From the NCBI RefSeq assembly GCF_037042905.1, contig NC_087251.1:20090001-20154000 (forward strand): a DNA stretch of 64,000 bases, written 5' to 3'. The position numbers were made by a program, and so were the translations under genes. Shown piece by piece: positions 1 to 15,400 of this stretch (within the stretch, counting starts at the first letter, position 1; every line of letters begins with the position of its first letter). The notes beneath the pieces were generated by a model. That model did no database searches. It was given only the letters and a program-made list of their open reading frames with translations, and was not told the origin of the DNA. This stretch comes from Lytechinus pictus. Taxonomy: Eukaryota.

Positions 1-16
1 GTTTCAAATTCTAAGG

Positions 17-262
17 GACTTTGAAACAGAGGGTCGTGGGTTCGAATCCCAGCCATGGCGTTATTTCCTTCAGCAAGAAACTGATCCACAGTGTGCTGCA
101 CTCAACCCAGGTGAGGTAAATGGGTACCGGTAGGAAGTAATTCCTTAAAAAGCTGTGTGCGCTATGAACGCCTAGCTTAGCCGGGTAATATAGGAGCGCC
201 TTGAGCACCTAACAAGGTGGATATGTGCGCAATATAAATACCCTATATTATATTATTATTAT
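17..262 (+). mobile_element. tRNA-derived SINE
   Basis: B-box GGTTCGAATCC (39-49), central CCCAGGTGAGGTAAATGGGTACC motif, (ATT)n tail; related decayed copies elsewhere in the window. Confidence 0.85.
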
Positions 263-307
263 TAGATAATATAATCACTGACATAACTGAGAATGTAAGG
301 AATGTAC

Positions 308-418
308 CTGTTGTCCAAGAGCAGAGAGATCACTCTGGAAGGAGACATGTTTCCTCTGTAAGATGGCTACTGATTGCTGATCCTTGCCCAACTCCTCTGA
401 CATCTCATGTTGCTTCTC
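308..418 (-). CDS. SPTBN1: Beta-spectrin exon 29 (last in window)
   Basis: [40 protein letters not shown]|gtac donor, gene continues past the window. Confidence 0.93.
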
Positions 419-3400
419 CTGTAACAGAAGAATATTCAAAGGCAAACATTAACAAGCTGAAACAATCATTTCTCATTCCAAGAATGAAACTTAACAGAGG
501 GGAGAACCAAAGACAATACACATTCTTCCTTTGGTGATAACAGACAAATTTCATAAAGTAGAAAGTTATAGTTACACAAGTACAATTTGGAAATATCTCC
601 AAGACATGTTTCTTAGAATTGATACTTCCCATTTACTTCTCATTTGATTTATCAAGCAACATTCCATTATTAAAGTCAATTTTTGTTTCATTAATTGTGA
701 TCAACAGTGTTTCTGAATAGTGGACTTACCTGGATATGAGCAAGGACATCCTTGGCATCAGAGTAGAACTTGTGAAGCTCATATGATGCAGCCAACATCT
801 GGAGAAACAAAAGACAAAGAAGAGAAATTTGTTTAGAATTTAAAAAAAATCTTGGTTACTTGACAAATTATTGGATTAAAAAATAAATTGAATTAAAGTA
901 ACCATCACAAAAAGATGGAAAAGTGAATTTCAATGTTTAATACCAAACATATACTAAGGACTACAAATGAATGTAACTGGAATAAATAAAATGGTACCAG
1001 GGAACTGGATGGATGAAATAGAATGAAAAGTAAATATTTTTATGAAGAGCTTACTTTGTGTATTTTGTTTTGCAATTTGTTTTAATTTTACATTAAACTT
1101 AATGGCAATTCACAGGGTTTCTAATTACAAGGTAATAATATAAATTTAAGGAGTCAACAGGTCTTTGCCCTCAAGTGTTATTTTTCCACTGGGGAATGAT
1201 CACAAGAAAAACATATATCTTCACTTACTCTTGTTCTTGTATCAATGAGTTCAAGGAGATCAGCCCAAGCTTCATTGATTTGGTCTTTCCATTCTGCAAT
1301 GATTGCAGCGTCGGCATGACCCTCGTTGATGAGGGTATCACAGGTCCTGTTGGTGTGGGCAACCTTCTCTGTGCCAATGTTGTGGGTGTCACGGGCAAAC
1401 TCTGAAAATCGTTGCTGCAACATCTGAGTGACAAATATAGGATGAATTCATTACACATTGCTCTACATATAGCTTAAAGATGAAAAATTTGAAATTAGAA
1501 AGTAATGTATATTTATCTGAAGGTACTATCCAATTACAAAATTCCTACCATTGCATTTGACTAACATTAACTAATGCCCATGCCAAGAAATAAGTTAAAA
1601 CATCCCAATGGCAACTAGAGACCATTATAGGATGAATGAGACTTTCATCAATGAATGAGGGATGTCAAATTGATATTGATATCGATGTTCAACAATACTC
1701 TGAAACAAACCCCAGTATTTTTCAAAATTAATATTTTTTTTACACACAGTTGTTTCATAAATAGAGAAAATCAAGCCTATTAAAAAACATATATATAAGA
1801 TTTCCCCTCTTCCCCTCCCCAAAATGGGAACAAAAATGAAATGCCAACCATACCGTAACATGTTCAAGGTCCTGTCCAAGTTCATGTGAACCAGCAACAA
1901 CTTCCCTCTCAGCGATCCATTGCTCGATGTCATCAACTTCTTGGTTGAGGGCGAAGAGTCTGGTAGTCTCTTGGAGGCGTGCTCTCCTCTCCTCGGCAAG
2001 ATCCTTCAGACCGGCATAAAGTTTGTCAATCTGAGATTGACGGATTGCAATCTGGTCACTGTTAGAACATAATACAAAGAAGAATGGGTAATATGATTAC
2101 AATGGAAACAAAATTACTTAACACTACAGTCAAGAAATACACAATCTCAATACATTGAACCTTTACGATATGTATTTTGGGTGGACAGTTTTGCTTGGCT
2201 AAAAGACACAAACCTGCCTGATCAATCTACCTTTACAACCTTACAATTATGTTATCATATGTTGAAAATTTATAAAACCCCAAGACTTTGACAACTTTCT
2301 TTCATCAGCACCAGTCAGGATCACCCACCATTCAGAATTTCTGACCATCACTCAATGTAATATTGTACCCATGCAAGTGGAACTAAATGCCTCACTGACA
2401 AAGAAAAGATAAACCCAGACTTGTTTTTGCCCCCCTCAACCCCTAGGGCAAGATGTAAGGTAATTTTTGGAGACAGCCTCTAAAAAGTACCCAGTGACAA
2501 CCCTGGAGTACCCTGAAAGTGAAAAATGCCTAGTGAAGTTATACCTCTGTGGATGTCCCTCATCGATGAGTTGTTTAGCCTCATGCGAGAGCTCATTGAT
2601 GGTTTCAGCGTAGTCTTCTACAGCATTCTCAAGGATGGCATGCTTCTTAGCCATGGTAGCAGCACTAGCTTCATCCTTAGCACGTTCTTCACCCATCATG
2701 TACAGCTCCTGTTCACTCATCCAGGCTTCAGCCTCCGCTGCATTGAAGTAGTACTGCCAACAAAACATAATAAAAATCATCAGTAACACCATTTTAAATA
2801 CCCCGCTCTCTGGATTCACTACCTAATATGCTGCATTGTTTCCAGCGGTGTTATTTCTGCAAAGCGCACAGCAAAACAAGTAAATTTTCACTTCTTTATT
2901 CATGTTTTTTACATACATATAAGTGAATCAAAATGCAACAAATCATGAAATCTTTTGTGAATTGCTCAGTCTTGAAGCATAATCACAAAGGATTATGTAC
3001 GTAAAAATTATAAATATAGAGAGAACAAGAGAATTGTGAAATTGGATCATTTTCTTTTCTTTAAGACACAACGACAGGAAAAAAATGTAATATCAGACTC
3101 AGAATAAACCACTTTGCAACTGTTTCATGGAAGGTAATTTGATGTTCCGTTATAAGTTTCCAACGATTTCCTTGATATTTGTATGTACATAAATAAAGGC
3201 AAAGAACCATTTCATCATACACAATACATTAAACTAAATACACTGCCATGACATACACAATGTAGAAATAGTTATTGCAAGTACTTTGATCAATTAATAA
3301 GGGCCGGTACCTAACAACATGACCAATAATCATATCTTCATCTTAAGAATGTGCAATGTTCTCACCTGTTGTGCCTTATTTGAGTCAACCAGCTTATCTT

Positions 3401-6400
3401 TCCTCTCTGTAATGGATGACTTGAGCATGATGACATGTTCCTCAAGCTCTGTGATGCTGACCTTGATGTATTCTGATTGAGGATGACCCTGTTCAATCAT
3501 GGCCTTACCCCTCTCTATCACCTCCTCAACCTGAGGCACGTGGCCTTCCACCTCGGCATTGAGGGAATTGGTCTTCTTCTGCAAGGTCTGTACTGCCTGG
3601 AGGTTGTTCCCAACATCGTGGGAAGTAGCCAGAGGTAGCTTTTCCTGGACCCAGATCTGAAGCAAAAGGAAAAGACAGTATAAATAACATGTTCCATCCA
3701 GGTGAAAAACAGGAAAAAGTTGATAGGGATGTGAGAGAAATGTAATATCAAGAGCGATACATCAGGGGAGCTTTTCAGGACTTGTCAGACGTTTTATCTG
3801 ACAAGGAGTCACATTTTGTCCAACAGTTACCACAGAAACCGTGTTTCTCAGCCAATAAAAATCAAGGCCAGAAATGGTGAAATGCTTGCGTGATTTTTCA
3901 CAACGGTACATCGTGTCAGCATAAACCTTATATTTCATATTTACTCTAAATATCTGTATATTTGTTAAAATGTATGCATTCACTTATGTTGCATGTACCT
4001 GTATTGCCAATAACCAATATCCCAGGCTCATAACTTTTCTATTACTGTTACATATATGAATTTAAAAAAATTAGTTTTTGCGAAGGATTGCATTGATATC
4101 AAACACTTTTTAAAGACTTTTAAAAGAATCCACAGATCCACCTTAAAAAAAGAGGTGTAAGTGAAAGTGTAGGAATTATAAATGTTTCTCCTTGACATAT
4201 GGCAATGCCGTTACAACATCCATCAATAAGGACATGACGTTTTATCATATTCAAAATATTTTTTTTATTTTTTTACAATAAATATCAAATTTATTGTCGT
4301 GGTGAAAAAGCAAAGCTCTACTGCGATTTACTCCTTACTGTCAACAAAGTCCAGAGTCCACTACAAACATCTTACCTTCTCATCATCAAGATCCCTGAGA
4401 ACCTGGTACCCTTTCTGTTGTGCCTCTAGCTCTTCTCGCCTCTTCTTGAGTGGATCTGATAGGTTGCTGAATCGAGTGGCCATGGCTTCCTTCTTGGCCG
4501 TCACCTTCTCTATGTGTTCAGCATTCTCTAGTGAGGATACCTGGCATTGTAAGCTCTCTACCTCCTCTTGCTTGACTACCAGGAACTGTTCATAGACCTG
4601 AAGGAACACACAACATCCATTCTGTAAAAATCTATTTTCACAACATATTTGACAGTCAATGCTTCTGGTTGAGAAAGATACCAAACCTTGATCAACAAGT
4701 CCTTCACAGCACAGACCTTGTTTATAATCTCATGTTCATTCCCAAATCTTAAAATTTCTTTGTTACATGTAGTTAGACATCATCATCATCAAGTAGTAGA
4801 CGCTCAGGCCCACAATGTAAAGATTAAAGGCTACATACAGTGTCTGATTATCCAGGAATCTTGCTGATGGCAAGTTATGTCCTAGGAAAACTCCTTTTCA
4901 ATTCAAATTATTTATGTTTAGATATTCCAATCTTCAGAGAATGAAAATAAGTGGTGACTTCAAGCATGTGATATCCACACTGAATCTCATGAAAGCTTTC
5001 CTACCTGTTGTTTCTTGAGCAGGTTGTTGACTGAGACAAGATCCCCAGCAGCATCAGCATGACACAGCTCGGTCTCTAGGTCCACGATCTTCTGTTCCAT
5101 GTCATCACAAGCTTGGGTGAAGAGAGCCTGGCTATTGGCTTCAAACAGGGTCTTACCCTTGTCTTTGGTCGTGTTCTCAAGCTCATTCCATTGCTGTTCA
5201 AGGTCAGCAATCTTGGCCTGGACTTCCTCCTGGGTCTCGGGCTTCTCTTTAATGAGTTCATCTCCATGCTGAAATGATATGAACAAGATCATTACCATAT
5301 GTAGATACATATAGAAAGGGTTTAAACATAAATCATCTCATTCATTTCCGCATAGAATTCAGTATTTATATGCTGTACTGGTAAAATCATCACTGAAATG
5401 TCCGAACAAATTGAATCATTTCACGTAGATTCAAACTTCTGTCTTTGAAAAATTGTTTTGGATGTTAACACCTTTGAAGAAATCTTCTAACATTCTAATG
5501 AAGTGTCTCTGTATTAGAACAAAGAGTCTATGTTGTAGGGTAGAGACACTTATTTGTTTTTGATGTTTTTGTTAAATTGACCTCCTGGGGATGAAGTTCT
5601 GTACTATGTGTTTATTTCAAATCTACAAGCAGATGAAATACTGATGAGCTCCTTGCATGCAGATATTCTGCTAACAGTTCTAAATAAATAGAAACAATTA
5701 TTTGTTACTATTCATTATGAGACCATAACTTTAAAAGTAACATGTATGTTCATTGGAAACAAAAGTTTTTTCCTAAGACTAATTGAAATGGTATCAAACC
5801 TCTTTGAGCTTATCAAGGCGCTCCTTGTTGGCGACCAGCTCAGCTTCGAAGGCCTGGTGTTTCTGCCATTTGCTATGGAGACTCCTGGCTCCATCATAGG
5901 TCTCCTCCTGGGCTACGACCATCTTCTCCACCACCCAGAGACCAAGCTCCTCAGCCTCCTGGAGGAAGGACTGCAGGAGACGGTTGTCTTTCAGCTTCTC
6001 AAGCATAGCCTCGGCAGCTAGACGGTTGGCCTTTCGTCTGTTTGTAAGAAAGCAAGTGAGGAAATTGTACCGTGACTTGAAGGTATCCAATGGCTATATC
6101 AGAGCATTCCATCTACATGTATGTATGCTTCATACATGTGCATGAATGATTTAGTGATCAAAACAGTCCTCAGGCTCCTCTTATCTTGGAGCTGTGGCTA
6201 ATGCTGCGTATTGGAACATTCCTCAACTTACATGTACTGTTTCATGTATTCTTAACCAAATGAATCAATTAAAAGGTCCGAAAATCATATGAAGAAGTAT
6301 CAGAGCGGCCCAAGCTCAAGTTGATCACATTTTCTAAATTAATTCAGAGCTTCATATAATCCCAAACATTACATATGATTTCAATTCAAATTATGTTATG

Positions 6401-9400
6401 GACACTATTCTTATTGAAAAGAAGAAGAAGCAAAATTTATCGCCTGAGAGATATGTGAAATCATGCTTAGAGTATTCATTGTGATTTTCTAGGAATTAGG
6501 TTTTTATTTTTATTTTTTTTTTAGACTGACCTTTCATCAATGTTTTCTGCCTTCTTATTGATCTTGTCTGCAGCATAATGGTCTTCATCACACAGCCTGT
6601 TAGCGAAGGATAATACAGTGTTGATCTTCTCATCGTTAGTGGCCATCTGGTCAATGAAATGCTCATACTTCTTGATGGCTTCATCACAGGCCTCAAGGGA
6701 GTTCTGTCCAGATAGAGAGAGTGAGATCAATAGATCCAGATTTCAAAAGGCAATAGGGATGACCAACATAGTTTAGTTGAATGCAAAAAAGTAAATAAAT
6801 AACAAGTTAATAAAAAAACATTAAATTCATTAAGATACTACTTGCTCACAAGATCATTGTTTCGTGAAGGTCACCATCATTAACATTTTCAATTGTCCGA
6901 GTGCCGACTAGCCAATCAAACAAAGTTTCTCTAAAACTGTTAATGATTGGAAATCTTCATGCAAATATGCTCTGTTTATAAAGGTAGATTGAAATGGTAA
7001 ATCCTGCAGATTAGACAAGATGCATTAGCAGTACTTTATCAAACCCACTTATAGACAGTTACCAAAGTAGTCTGAAAACTCATTTGATTGGTTCACATGA
7101 CCTGAACTAGCCTGCTTTCCATCTAGCAGGTCTAGTCTTGTCCACAAATTTAACCGCATCACACTAATCTAAAAGAATAGAATACTTACAGGTTGTTCCA
7201 CTTTGGTAAGGAAGTTCTCCTGTTGGTTGAGGATGCTGTCAGCTTGACGTGCATCACGCTGGAACATCTGGTAGTTGAGAGCCTGGGAAAGGAGGAGTTG
7301 ACGGTTGTCCCACATCTGGTGAAGCTCAAGCCATCCATCATCCAACGCTTGCAGACGCTGTAAGAAAAATGCAAATGGATACAGTTTGTGAAAATTACAC
7401 CCACTCAGTCATTAAAGTTCTTCATAAATCAAAAGCGTTATGGGTTTTTGCTAGACTTCTCACATGAATTAAGTTCTGACCTAAATACATTGGTTTATTC
7501 TGTGTGTTATAGATAATAAGCCAAGGCAGCAGTAACTTTAAGACAGATTAAATGAGCAAATTCCCTTTCAGCTGTTCTTGTACATAATTCATCTTCTCAC
7601 CAAATGACACATTTCTATAATAAAACAGTCTAGCTCATAATTTTATCATTCTATCTGCTTAACCATATTTTATTTTCTCACTTTTTTTCAAATGTATACA
7701 GTATGTTTACCTTTTTCAGATAGGACCTACATGTTTATTCTTCAGGGGATTCCCATATCATTTATCTAGTCCGAGGCGCAGAGGGATGGGGGGGAATTAC
7801 AGATAAAATAATGTTTACTTGTGAGGGTATATGAACAGAGTATTACATCTATCATTTAGAACAAGAGTATATGAGATGTCTCTTTACCTGTCTGAGGAAC
7901 ATGTACTGTGTGTCTGTCTGTCCTTCTGTGATACGTTGTCCATTCTCCTTCATCTTGGCATACTTGTCTTCATAACCATCAATTTCATCCTTGATGGCAG
8001 CATGTTTGTTGAGGTACTTCTCAGCCTCAGCCAGAGACTCTGGGGTCTCTTCCGATGCCACGGTGGTCATGGTCCTGGATAGCCAGGCCTGGAAGTCATC
8101 CAGGTCACGCAGGAATTGATGTAGGTCACCGGCCTCGGCCAGAGCAGCTTCACGAGATTTTAGCTGCAAAAAAACAATTGTTAACAAATTTTAGTAATCT
8201 TCAGTAATGATTTTGTAATTGATTTTGAAAGTCAGTCTATTCAATATAATTTGTTTCACATAAATTGGGCCACACTTTTGAACAAACAATGCCATTATAT
8301 GCAAAATACTTACAAAAAAAAATTCAATGAGGGTTGGTAGAAAGGGCTAAAAGCCACAGGTCCTTGTGACCTGTGCTTGTAATAAAATCTACATGGATAA
8401 TTCCAGTGATTTGTCTTGCTAACAACCCTTGCAATTTGATACAATAGGGCTACTTGGAGCTGTGTAGAATGAGTCACTAAGGAGATAAATGGTTGTGACA
8501 TCATCTTTCTGTACTCTAATTTACTGTTATTCGAGCTCCCATCTCTTCCAATACATGTACTGTAAGATATCAGTTCCTTGTGAAGTAAGTTTATTCATCT
8601 CTTGTGTGACATAACAGGTATAGTTGTTGGTACTCACCAGTTCCTTGAGGTCAAGCCAGACTACCATGATCTCATCATATCTCTTCTTGATAAGTTCAGC
8701 ATCCTCTGGGTGTTCTTGAGCAAGTTTCTGTGCCTCGTTATCAAGGGCTTCAAGCTATGTTGAGAGAGAAAACAAAACAAAGTGATACTCATGAAACCAA
8801 GAGCTCCAAAATAAGAAAGAAGTTGGAATACTCGACAAGGAATACCTCCTCTCAAATGCATGAATAAACAATCATGTTATGGGTTCATAAGGTTTGGGTT
8901 TGTTCAAACATCAATCTTACATTTATTATATGATGAAAGTTATTGTAAACTGAGATGGAGATCTAGAAATTTTCTGATAGATGGATGATGAGACTGACAG
9001 ACCCACCTTAGCCTCGATAGCAGCCAGGTCGCTCTCCATGCCTTTGAGTCTGCGCTGTAGGACCATGATGCCTCCAAGGTCGTTGCCAAGTTCTTCTGTG
9101 GCCTGGATGAGACGAGCCTTGTCCCTGATCCATTGGGTGGTCTCCTGGCACTCGATGTGGTAGGTCTGTACCTCGGTGACAGCCATGACGGCATCCCGCT
9201 TCTGCTCCAAGAGGGCACGTAGATCGGCCCATCTGAAGATCAAAGCACAATTTTTTTACTTGTTTGGTAAGGAAACGGTTTGAGCTCTAATAAGGTATCA
9301 ATATTATAACACTAAGATAACTGAACTATTATTCATATTCAGAAAGTAAGGTGAGACTAAAATGTAATTGGTTGCCATAAAAAAATCAAAAATTAAATCA

Positions 9401-12400
9401 TACCTCACAAATATCCTACGAATACTACATGTACTCATCTAGAATTGTGAGCAAAGGTAGATTAGTGTAGGAATGAGAAATTTTTAAACCATTTTGAGGA
9501 GCTTTTACAGCCCCCCCCCCCCCCAGCAAGAGTTAAGTTAGTGCATTTTTCAGGTTTTATCTTAAAATTCTTATTGTATCGGGCGATTCTTCTGCAAATG
9601 ATGGGACATATACAATATTAGATCAACATTTCTCCACCCAGCTTACCTGGCATTGAGCTGGTTCTGTTTTGTTGTGATTTCTGTTGAGTTTGGATGCTCT
9701 ACAGCCAATAGCTGTCTGGCCAATTGGTTGACCAGTTCTACCTTGGCTTCGTTGACCTCTACCTCCTTCTCCAGACGGTCAAAGCGAGCCAGAATGACCT
9801 CGTTGGATTCTAGATCCTCAGCTGGGATTAGAGCAGTTAATGTATGCTCCTACAGGGAGATGGTACAAAAAGCAGTGTAGATAGTGTTATTACATTACAT
9901 GAAGAGCTTAGTTCTAACAATTTCACCTTTTTAATCATTTTTTTCAGTTATTTCAAGTCCATTGTGAAACATTCAATGGGTAACAATATCAAAGAATTTT
10001 CACTCAAGACTGTTTAACAATATTCTCAAATTCTTTTGAACCTAGTTTTAGCCGAGTCATCATTATACAATAAAAAATAAACATGTAGCTACTCACCTTC
10101 TCATCTATCCATGCCTCGACAGCATCAGCCTCGTTGAAGAGTTTGTAGAGGGAGAGGGCATCGAGGAGACGTTGCTTGCGGAGCTTGGCAAGCTCCAGGA
10201 GCTCCTTGTATCGTCTGTCGATGGTTCCAAGACGAGTCTGTACTTCTGGGGAATCTCGGTCCTATTCAAAGGGAAAAGGATTTAAAAAGTCAAAGTACTA
10301 AACTTTGAAAAATATGGTTAGGATATTGATATAACTGACTTTTTTGTATTTTTTATTCTCACTAATTTTTATAGTTCAAAATTGCCAAAAACTTTTTGGA
10401 ATGGCCAATTCTAAAAATCAAGACCAAATATATCCAGTCATATATCCTGAAAATATCAATGTGTAAATAATGACCAATAAAATATTGGGCACATTAATAA
10501 GATTAGTAAAATTTGACTCTATATAAAAACATGTTTTTAGTAAATTGAGAGGTCTCTGCTTGTTCAATAAGTAAATACTTAAAGGGAAGGTCCGGGCTGA
10601 AAGTATTTATAGCTTAATAAATAGAGGACTTAGAATTCACTGAGCAAAATGCCGAAAATTTCATCCAAATCGGATAACAAATAACAAAGTTATTGAATTT
10701 TAAAGTTTAGCAATATTTTGTGAAAACAGTTGTCATGAATATTCATTAGGTGGGCTGATGATGTCACATCCCAACTTGTTCTTTTGTATTTTATTATATG
10801 AAATTAGGTTTATTCAAATTTTTTCCTCCAAGAACTAGAAAAATTGGATTGACAACTGATTTAGTGCGTTAGATATTTATTGCTGCAACTTATTTCATTA
10901 TAAGGGAGACATATTATTCACACAAGTATGAAATAATGAAAAAAATATGATTTTATGTAATAACATAAGAAAACGGAAAGTGGAGATGTGACATCATCAG
11001 CCCACCTAATGAATATTCATGACGACTGTTTTCACAAAATATTGCTAAACTTTAAACTTCAATAACTTTATTATTTGTTATCCGATTTTGATGAAATTTT
11101 CGGTATTTTGCTCAGTGAGTTCTACTCTATGTATTAAGATATAAATATTTTCAGCCCGGACCATCCCTTTAAGGGAAGTTTAAAGAAATACACTGAATTA
11201 TAATTTAAATTTTAAAGTCAAACATAATGTACTTTCAATCAAAGATAAAGGAGTGAGCCTACCTGTTCTCCCAGCTCTGCTGCTTGTTTGTGAAGACCGT
11301 CAATAATGTTGGCGTAGTTCTGCAGTTCTTCTGTAACATCCTATAAAAAGAAAAATTATCATAAAAAATCAATGGCATTTCTGATACAATAACAGATAAA
11401 GAATACTTTATCAGATCTTTAATAATGTCATGCTCACGGCAACATACAAAATAACAACAAGTTGTAATCAATAAACATGATAAACAGGATAATTCCAGTT
11501 CACGTTCTCATTCACGTTCACGTTTTCATTTTTATAAAGGATAATTCCAGTTCAGTCAAAACTTGCATTGCTTCATCACCATCACATGAGTTTCATTCAG
11601 AAAAATTCACGTTCTCATTTTTATTTTGATGACTGAATGAATGACTAATACTTTCAAATATACATTGTCTATTTATCCGACAAATCTATTATATTTTTTT
11701 GGTTTAACTTAATGATCCATTTAGTTAATATTTAAATATGTTCTTTTTTTCTATCTTAAATTTTGAGGGTTTTTTTATAGATACAGTGCTATTCAAACAC
11801 ATTATATAAAAGAAACAGTTTATTTGAAAAAAAAAATCAGTTTGGGATCAAATCATAACATGTTAAATGCTAACATTTTTTTTTTCTCTCTCTCTTAATC
11901 ATTTTGACTTCTCATTTAAGAAATAAGAAGAAAATAACACACCAGGAGGTATTGTGGACCATCTACAAGACAATCTATGTCATGTGGAAATATTGGAACT
12001 GAATTGTGGTGGTAAAATATTAGGAATCATCTCACAGCAAATCACACAGCAAGGAAGTACTCAATCCATCCTACAGTATCGCCTTTACGGGTATATAATA
12101 CCTTGCAAACATGTAATATCATTCAAATCACCATGATTAATAAAATGTCCTCAGTAAATATTCATTTTTCATGTATGTATATATTCATTTGAACATTGTG
12201 TCACTGTCATTAGTTATGTTAGGAAACCTCATCATGTATTGTAATCATCTTCATCCCATGAATACTGTGGAAAGGAACAGTAGAGCTCCACAATGCACAG
12301 TACATGTACATGTGTAATGCTAGTATACCCCTTGCTCTGAAGGCCTTCTGATAATGTTATTGACATTCTCTGTATCATTGTGCAAACACAGCGGCCATGT

Positions 12401-15400
12401 TATCTATGTGACTCATTCCCATAGTCTACAAGACATCCGATTTTCAAAATGGCTATATGAATAAGATGCAGACCTTTGGAAAGTGTGAGAAAATCTATGC
12501 CCTAACGAACATTTTGAAACGAATATCAAGTTTAACCTTATTTTTTATTTTTAAAGTGCAAGGTAATAATGGCCAAAATGAGAGGTTACTTTCAAGAAAC
12601 CTAGAAATGCACCTATTTTACGAATCGTTGCAATATCGTAAATATCAGCATTGAAAAATTGGGCATTACACATGTACATGTAGATGCTCATACAATTGTC
12701 AATTCCCAGTGTAATAATACCAATTTTATAGGTCACTTATAAACTTGTGTTAAAGGAATCATATAGTAAATCCATGCAAATGTGTAAAATCTAAAGCAAT
12801 CTTAAATCCAAATATTACTGGTTAGTGAGTTATCGTCATCCACAATGCTACAGTGATATAAAGAAGATCTTTAATACAAGTATCACTTTATTCTTGTAAT
12901 CTGATATCATCATGCAAATTGCATTCACACAATATAAAGGGAGTTTGGTCTGGGTTTGTATGACTATATTGGTTCACACTAAACTGCAATGTTATGTTTT
13001 ATATATGTACCACACCACTTCTAAACTCACATCGGTCTTGCCATGAATACTCTGGTTTCGTATTTGCAACAGGCATGTACAAATCAATGAAAGAAAAATG
13101 TAACGCCATGTACATACATGTATGCAACATAGAAGTTAAATTATGTTAAGAAATCACTATGAAACAGAACAAAACAATGCAGACCTAGCCTTGATTATCT
13201 ATCAATATTTACCACAACATGTTTTTCCATTATCAAATAAAACCACTAAACAAATAAAATAGGCACTACCGAATTGAATAGCCTTGAGAACTCATTCTTT
13301 GCATCAATAAGTATTACACATTTAGCATTAAACAAGTATGGCACAATAGGGGCAGGTTTAGTTGAGTGAATCATATTAAACAAAAATAGAAAATAGGTAA
13401 AAACACAACTACATATGAAACCTACAGAAATAAACTTTCTTTATCAAGCAGCACATATCTATAATTTCAAAATGAAACATCGAAGATTCATTATTTGAAT
13501 AATCAAACAAGCTTAACTAATAGCTCTTTCCTCTTGAGTAGACAAAATTGCTTTTTAAATAACATGATTTCAAAACATACTTTTTACATCACTGGTGTTG
13601 ACGAATTTGGACTAATAAATTGACGGGAAAAAATGTAGATAACTGAAGACAGAGAAGACCCCCCCCCCCCAGTATTTCAATATTGATACTCTAACTAGAA
13701 CTCTGTAAAAATATGATCCCCTTGATCGTACATGAGCTAATGTTCTTACCCTGTGTTTCTTGAGTAGAGATTCAGCACTGGCTTCGTCCCTTCCAACGTC
13801 CTCGCTTGAAACGAGACGAAGGGTATCCAACATCCAGGTGTCAACATCGTCAGCATCAGCAAAGAACTGTTAAAGAAAACAATTATTCAGGAGGTTGAAG
13901 CAATCATTGCATTTTTACAGTACAGTACTGAACAATGAAATATCAAGGCAACAACTGATATTTTCTTTTTGTTTTCTATCAAGAATCCTTATCACCTTCT
14001 AAAATCTTGAGTATAGAATCACTCATATACCATCCCCTAACCCCCCCCCAATCTGTAACATTCATGAATAAATACAGTCTTTAAAATAAACTTGGAGTAG
14101 ATAGAATATAGAATAACATAAGAAGGTTGTTGCAGATTTATAAGAAAAATATGAAGATAGCTTCAACATCATCAGAAGATTGTTTTTTCAAGCTGTCAGA
14201 GAGAATTTGTCTTTACCTGGTAGAGGTCAACAGCTTCGAGGAGACGAGCTTTCCTCTGGTCAGCCAGCTCCTGTAGCCTCTGCCACATGTTCTTGACATC
14301 GGTGATACGGTCCTGAATCTTTGGTGCTCCAAAGTGTTCCTCTGCGATCAGGTCCTCGCCCACCCGGATGTTGCTCTCCAGCTGTGCATGACGACCCGAT
14401 ATCTCCGTCTCCAAGGCCTATAGATAACGGGTCATCAACAATTCATGGACATTAAATTTCAAGTTTACTAGAGACGATTACAACCTAAAGAATATTTTCA
14501 AAGGCTAGAAACGATCTAATAAATGACCCATGTTTGTTTTACACTGACACAACTCTAATTCAGGATTTAAATCCAGTTTAGTACCTGATAATAGGGAAGG
14601 TAAGGGGAGCATGTCCAACAGGTTGTCAGATCTGACAACTATCCTTGATTTTGATTGGCTGAAAAAGCACAGTTTCTATGGGTACTGTCAGATAAAACAA
14701 GTCGTTAAAACCAAAATTCAATATCCAGCCTCTGATTCTGTCAAAATGATGTAAACTTTACAATTCTAATAGTTCTGATTAGTACTAGAAAGTGCTTTAA
14801 AGAAAGCATACATAATTGGTTCAACGTTTCATCAAATAGGAGGGTTACCTTTTGTTTGTTGAGTAGGAGTTTGACAGTGGTGAGATCATGTCCAATATCC
14901 GTTGATGACATGATCTGCTGCTTCTCCTTGATCCAGTTCTCATCGTCGGCAAGATCCCAGAAGAACTGCCACAGACGCAGGGACTCATCCAGCTTGTCGC
15001 GCCGGAGACGGGCAAGTTCTTGAAGCTCATGGTAGCGTTCTTCTAGGTGGTTCATGCGACTTCCGACAATCTCTGGATCAACCGGCAGGTACCCTGAAGA
15101 CAAATCATACAATGGAAATACACAACTGAAAATATATATCAATATTTACACAGAATATCACATTCAGATGGAATATTTTGATATTATAACAGTATCATAA
15201 GACAGCATGTCACATTTTGCACAGAATGACTTAGAAAGCAATTTCACAGATTCTAAACAAGCGATATTTTCTAATTTACCAAAAAAAGAAGAAATTACGA
15301 AAATATATACTTCTCAATATATCTATACATTTGATTACAAAAATAAGCAAATCAGAATGAAAAGGAAATCAGGTAATAAAGAAATTTGCTAAGCATCTTT

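Noticed and set aside
17..60. Possible tRNA gene (GGTTCGAATCC); same for 63033-63080
   Set aside because: No cloverleaf; each continues into a SINE body with an (ATT)n tail.
5641..5670. CTGATGAG hammerhead-like core (also 52307)
   Set aside because: No credible stem II followed by GAAA and no flanking stems.
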